Shown in pieces: positions 58,301 to 64,000 of a stretch of DNA of 64,000 nucleotides. The stretch is taken from assembly GCA_964199315.1 (NCBI GenBank), contig OZ116702.1, positions 21,886,001-21,950,000 of the forward strand. The letters are read 5' to 3'. The stretch is from Orbicella franksi (lineage: Eukaryota). The number at the start of each line of letters is the position of its first letter. Positions within the stretch are counted from its first letter, which is position 1. The position numbers and the translations under genes were made by a program. The notes beneath the pieces are model-generated. The model saw only the letters and a program-made list of their open reading frames with translations, was not told the origin of the DNA and did no database searches.

Positions 58301-61300
58301 CCAGCCCACCTCTGTGACATCCAAATGCCTCTCATTTATTGCCTGTATTTCTCCTTAAATGTGTAACTATCTAAAGTTCCATTGTAATGTTATGAAATTC
58401 TTGAATGAAATGCCATTCAGACTCAACATGAAAACTTTTTCAGCCTTACTCTCTCCATAATTCCTTAGCTAAGGAAGTTATGTTATCATGACTTCATTTA
58501 ACGACATAGGGATCCTCACAGATCAATAAATCTGATATGTATCTCTTCTTAATCAGCTTCTGTAATGACCCTCAAATAACTATTAAGTGTTAAATGTAAT
58601 ATTTACCTACCTATCTATTTTGTGTGTAAATTTTTCTAGTACAAATTGTTTTTGTCCCTCAGAACACTGTAAAGAGATGAATATTTGTTATCTTAGGTCT
58701 TTGTTACCTATACTTCTTTAAGGAATTTCTATGGTTCACAATTAGAGGATTAAAATCTCTACTAGCCAAAGGTAGTCTGGCCTATTCAAATTATAATAAA
58801 CAAACTTACTAGCCCATGCATGTTTTCTGAGAGCATATGATCAACAAAACCCACTATGGACTAGTCTTGTGCTTAAATTAGCCCAGATACATTGTTGCTT
58901 GAACTCAAGATGCAAGAAAAGGGAAGTCCAATAAATGATGGTACACTTTCCTCAATTTTCTGATAATTTTTCAAGAGAAAGTACTGGTGAGGATACTATG
59001 TTTGGCAAAACACAATGTGGGATTGGAACTGGGAAAAGTTCGAAAAGTCTTTGGAAATCTTTGGGACATTCTCGTAAATCTTGGGAAGTCTTCAGCTATG
59101 GTCAAGTCATCTTCCGAAATCCTCATACTCCCAGAACAAAAATCTAATGCCCGCATGTTGGAAAAAGTTGGCAGGTTTATAATAATATTATCAGGTAGTG
59201 TTTGATCTTTCACCTTTCTCTTTGACCTTTTTTTTGGTTCTTACAATTCCAAAAAAATATCCTAATACCTTTTTATCATAATCATCTAACACGTTTTGTA
59301 CATCATTCAGTTGTGGATCACTAAGGTTAAGTAATGATGACTCCAGGTCTGAGAGCTGCAAATCAAACAGGGAAAATGTTACCAGTTTCATCAAACAAAT
59401 TAACCAATTCAGAAAGGGCACTTAAGAAAAAAAATCAATCTTGCAAGGATCTTCAAACAAAAAATAAAACAGCAATTTTAAAGAACATAAAATTTTAAAA
59501 AGAAATGAAATATTTAAAGTTGCATTATTTTATGGCAGACATTGCCTGAAATAAACAGCCACTTGAAATTTGAATAGATATATACATTTATATGATTGAA
59601 AGAACTCAATTTGACAACTTTCCAGTAACTGTATTATTTTAATTTGTGCCTGTGTCCAATTTGAGAAAATCCTTCTCAAGGTCAGGAACTGAGTTGTTTT
59701 CTTTTGAACTTGTCAAACATAATGTTTGTAAAGCTGTGTGGCACAAGTGGTGAACAGTTCATCACACTGCCATACTCTTAGATGCTCAATACAAATAGCT
59801 GGTTTTCAACTATCAAAATTATTGACAAAAATTAGCGAGAAAAATGCAAAAAATATCCCATGTAGGTCATAAGATAATTAAAGATGCTAGCATCCAACGC
59901 CATTGATGCAAACATTATCTGAATGAAAACAATCGAAGCCTTTGACAGCCGAGTGACCTTTTCAGCAATTCAATTACATGGCCTGGCTCAGCTCAGTTAT
60001 CTTTTTTATCACTTTAGTTGCAATGATCGTATGAGTTTGCTCTTGATCTGTTGCTGCAATAGCATCAGCAAGGAGTTTCAGCTTCACGCATTAATCATTG
60101 TTCCAGTCACAGGGATCTTCATTATATCAACAGTAGTTATATTGCTGAATTTACATTTCCCATTTAATTTTGACAATAATTCATTGATAAACACCTTTTC
60201 ACTGGTGACAAAATGAGTGGCCACTCCAGCATGTTTAACATCATAACCTTTTAACCTTTCACCTAAAAGTACATGAATCACATTATATCAGAACAAACTT
60301 GTTAACACGAAGGAGATTTCTGGGTGCAAAGAAAATTTGTATTCCAGGTTTCCCTTTGGGCATACTGTAACTGGGATTTTTGGATCTGTCAGTCATGATT
60401 GATTATGATGACTAAAATTAAAATTAAAGTAAAACAAAATAGGATCTCTTACACTACTTTGGTAATTAAATTTTCTCAGATTTTGCCCCCAAAAAAACTC
60501 CACTTGCCTAAGATAGAACCCACTTGCCTAACTGTAAAATCCACTTATTTAGCCCTGGACCATCAGAAATGACCTTGTTTGTATGCTGAGGTCAGGTATT
60601 TTTGGTTAATAAATCAAATACCAAACCTCAGTAAACAAACAAAGTCACTGGTTATGTGAAGCATCGTCCTGCTAACAAGCCATTATTGCTATCATTATAT
60701 ACTCTGATAAAAATAAAAATAAAAATAAAATAAAAAAATAGCAGCCTTGTTCATGATGTCCAGTTCTTTTAGTAACAAACAGATACTTGTAAGTGAGACT
60801 CTAATGTTTATCTAATTTAATTACAATTGTGGATTCAACAGCTTGTGGTAGTTTTTGCAGGTTTCTAATTTTGTAGATTGGTGGTTTTTGTGTGTGGAAA
60901 GTTTCTTAACAGCGATAATGAAAACCAAAGTAAAAGTGGTGAAAATTAGAACCTACAAAAAGGTGTACAGTAACTCATATGGTACACCACCTATTAAGGT
61001 AGGTTTTTTAAAAATCAGAAGCATGCTAAAAAAGGTGACACAGACTGAAAAATCATCACAATCACTACGAAACAGCTTGCTGAAAAGCTGGCACCTGAAT
61101 TTCCAAACTGAAAATTACTATTTTGTGATACTATTTTGTTTTGACAGAAAGAGGGACCTGGGTCCTTACAAAAGGTCTTCCACTCATTCACTATGAAACT
61201 AATTCTACAATATAAACATTTACTTGTATTTACAGTATACTGTGAACTAATCTTCCATAAAGTTCAGGGTAGGGGCAGGGGACGGGGGGGGGGGGGGATG

Positions 61301-63795
61301 TAATGCTTCCCTGGCCCCCTGGCACGCATTTCTAGATGTAAAAACTAGTAAGTTTGTGGGGTCCCATATTGTCATGACTTTGCAACAGATTCTTGTGAAA
61401 CTTTGCATATATTTGCTTAATTTAGCTGATTTACTGATCTGTCGAGATAGTTTTATGTTTATATGAAAAATACAAAGAATTGTTGATATGATTTGCATGA
61501 CACTGGTAAAGAGGTCCATATTGAATTACTGGCATTACAGGTTTCCTGGTTATTAACCGTGCAGCCATGGGCTGAGCACAGTTCATGTTCTACCCGTGGT
61601 TTTTTTTTTTTCTGTCGGTGACCAGACACAGACCTCCACTTGGCCAACTTTGAATTATGCAATCTGTAATGTTTACTCGCCAAACCTTGTTTCTTCAGGG
61701 TCAACGAAAATCTCAGATTACAAAGTCATGCCGAACTCACGCTTTGCAATAAAATCTCTTCAAAACCCTGACTTCGAAGCGGTACCAGTATATCACTTAA
61801 GCGTTACTAGCTACTGCATATCAGCAGTAGTAAAATCTATTCCTTAACAATCCAGCTTCATCATATTAAAATTTCAACGAAATCGAACAAAACCAGAACT
61901 AAATATAATTAGATTATTTTTGTCACCTTGCTTCATTGCTTAAGTCAACAAAGGAAGCGACAGTCGCCCATAGCCACCGAAACACACGAACATAACACAA
62001 ACCGACGTTTTGGTAAAAAAATCCAGCATTATTGCCTGAGAGCTGAAAATTGAAGAGGAACATCTTTTTCGAACTTTTCTCAGGTTAACTAGACGAAAAA
62101 ATGACCTCGGCGGGCCCCAAAAGAGAACGAAACAAAAAACAGAACGAGACAGTGAGAAGAGCCAATAATTTATTCAATTTGTTCCCCACATGGCCTTTGT
62201 TACGTTCAAGTTAAAAAAAGCTTACTTCTGGATAATTTCAGCCTTACAAGCCAGGAACTGGTCCCAAATTACTTTCGGTATCCTTACAAATGTCCTGACT
62301 CCCATCTCCTAAAGATCTGGCTGCAATTTTTGAACAAATGAACATTTCGCCGATAGCAATCACCATTATGGTGGCTTGCATACTAATTCGCTAACTTTAC
62401 AAAACCCTCCCAAGGGAAGGATATGACGAAAAGAGCTGAAAAATGATGGCCGGAACTAGGGTAATTTTCTCAGCTTCTGGTGTGCCAAGTTTGCTGGAAA
62501 TAGGTTCAAAACCGATTTTTTTTTTCGTTTTTTTTTCTTCAGGTCACTCATGATCCCATATTATGACATGTGCCGGAAGTAATTACGTCATCGGAGATTT
62601 CACAACGGCTACGACTGATGGTGCAATAATACAGGTTGTGTTGATCAAGTGATGTGGTGTCTGCAGTAATCAATGAATCATCAAGGACTGCTTTGGAATG
62701 TGCATTGCATTGCGACTGTAGTGCTACCAAAACAGTTAACTTTTAAAAGTGTGGTTGTAAGATCTTAAAGATCTTCTTGTTGTTTCTAAGTAAGAAAAGT
62801 GGTATTAATCACTGGTAAAATATTTTTTTAGCTCAAATCATTTACCATGGAACAAGGAATAAAAAATATAGTTCTCACCTGATAAAGCAAGATAAAGACC
62901 TAACTTTCCTCTCATTCTGGGTAGCACATACCCTCCACCAACATCAGGAAAGAGACCTTTTAAAGTTGGAAAAGGGTAGAGTTGTTATTCAGAACAGAAT
63001 ACATGGGAAAACTAGCCTTCCAATATTGACACTTATCTAACAACTTCTTTAAATCCGAAGGACTTATTTTAAAATCCATAATTATTTTAGTAACGGGAGC
63101 GGGAATGAATTTGGCATCTGCCATTGTTTGACGTTTCCCTAGTTCTGTGATTGGGTAAAAAACTTGAGCTGCAATGGCCTCCTCTTTTCCTTCACTACCA
63201 AATATGTCAAGCAAGGATGATGCAATCTTTGTCAGCCAACTGATATGTATTCAATCTGGCCATATTATCACGGGTGGGGGGCGGGGGTGGGGGGGGGGGG
63301 GGGAGAGATTTAAAGAGATCATGTACATGTAGTTAGAAAGTAACTACCCGAGTGTCAGTGACCACTCTCTCAGGTCAAATGTACTGGTAATAATGAGGTG
63401 CAGGTAAGGTTGGTTTTTACAAACAGTATTCAAGATCAAAGTCATTTCAGAACACTGCTGAACACTGCACCTGATTCAACCAAGGCACCAGCCAACATGT
63501 TAGTGGTGTGTCAGCCAATGCATTGGTAGTTATGTCAGAAGTAACTTGCTGGCAAGTTGGCAGACACATCTGTTATCTAGATCACATTCATAACCTTTAC
63601 CAAGAGTTGAACCATAGACCTTTCCAACAGAAAGCCATAACCCAACTTTCTATACAACACACAGTCCTGTTATGCTAGTATCATTAGAGGTCTTTTGACT
63701 TACGGTTGTATCATACCTATTGCCGTTTCTGGCATAGCAAATACTGTACGCTCTGTGGCAACTCGGAATCGACCATGGACAGATAAACCAACACC
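52371..63795 (-). CDS. HIBCH: 3-hydroxyisobutyryl-CoA hydrolase, mitochondrial (5'-partial; continues beyond the window)
   Basis: Exons 63717-63795, 62879-62956, 60195-60262, 59269-59355, 58611-58666, 57806-57887, 57310-57324, 56339-56443, 55702-55735, 52371-52486, all in phase. Motifs [36 protein letters not shown] (catalytic Glu/Asp region), [53 protein letters not shown]. Confidence 0.96.
53479..55348. mobile_element. 1.87-kb hAT-like non-autonomous element with a 6-bp TSD
   Basis: TIRs GAGGGTCCACAATA / ATATTGGGAACCCTC, many subterminal ATCCCG(C) repeats at both ends, and AGAAAT duplicated on both flanks. Confidence 0.78.
58065..58310 (-). mobile_element. tRNA-derived SINE (same family as 19092-19360)
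   Basis: gaagtgactaggagtatt..ggatgggatgctagt..ggtggagagacgcaccgtgagagt..cacactaacca aligns as the reverse complement. Confidence 0.8.
61650..62640 (-). promoter_or_regulatory. CpG-rich promoter-like island inside a HIBCH intron
   Basis: Adjacent ETS (CCGGAAGT, 62573-62580) and CRE-like (TTACGTCA, 62583-62590) motifs. Strong minus-strand donor GTAAG at 62225, with CpG-rich sequence extending ~1 kb leftward. Confidence 0.4.
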
Positions 63796-64000
63796 CTGAA
63801 AATAGACATGCAGTCAACTCTAAAAAAATTGAGTTGTCCTTGGCTAATTTTCACATTTTCAGTTCTTGGTCTGGATTGAAACCAGAAGTATCTACTATAC
63901 TTGAGAGTTACATGTACAGGACAGTACTTGTCAATAATTATTATGGCAAGTCCTCACAGAATACTTTGACTGCTTAAGTAAATAGTGCTGTGAAAAATGG

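Noticed and set aside
60855-61196. 113-aa plus-strand ORF antisense to HIBCH
   Set aside because: It has a TTG start, no motif and no splice or promoter support, so it is likely chance.
61713-61864. C/D-box-like motifs on the minus strand in the HIBCH intron
   Set aside because: C-to-D spacing is either too short (44 nt) or long (152 nt), with no convincing stem or guide.

Overview
Intron-rich eukaryotic genomic DNA, AT-rich and dense in MITEs and SINEs; the repeat types and gene sequences suggest a cnidarian, probably a stony coral (inference). Five genes were reconstructed by hand from GT-AG sites and reading-frame phase. (1) The last five exons of a KMT2C/D (MLL3/4, Trr-type) SET-domain gene (+, 351-2393). 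(2) A 16-exon, ~988-aa gene (+, 7409-28325) with an architecture I do not recognise: two SMAD4-like MH1 DNA-binding domains, a Ser-rich linker, then the N-terminal ePHD-PHD-PHD-PHD cluster of KMT2C, with no MH2 and no SET domain. (3) PHYHD1 (-, 11 exons, 291 aa). (4) Mitochondrial MnSOD/SOD2 (+, 5 exons, 224 aa), head-to-head with PHYHD1. (5) The 3' part of HIBCH (-, 10 exons visible, continuing past the window end). The main candidate novelty is the MH1-MH1-PHD fusion: a putative ligand-independent Smad-element-binding chromatin reader lying directly downstream of the KMT2C gene, with a dense Smad-binding-element cluster in its own first intron. Main caveat: a 128-N scaffold gap lies in the intron between its MH1 half and PHD half.
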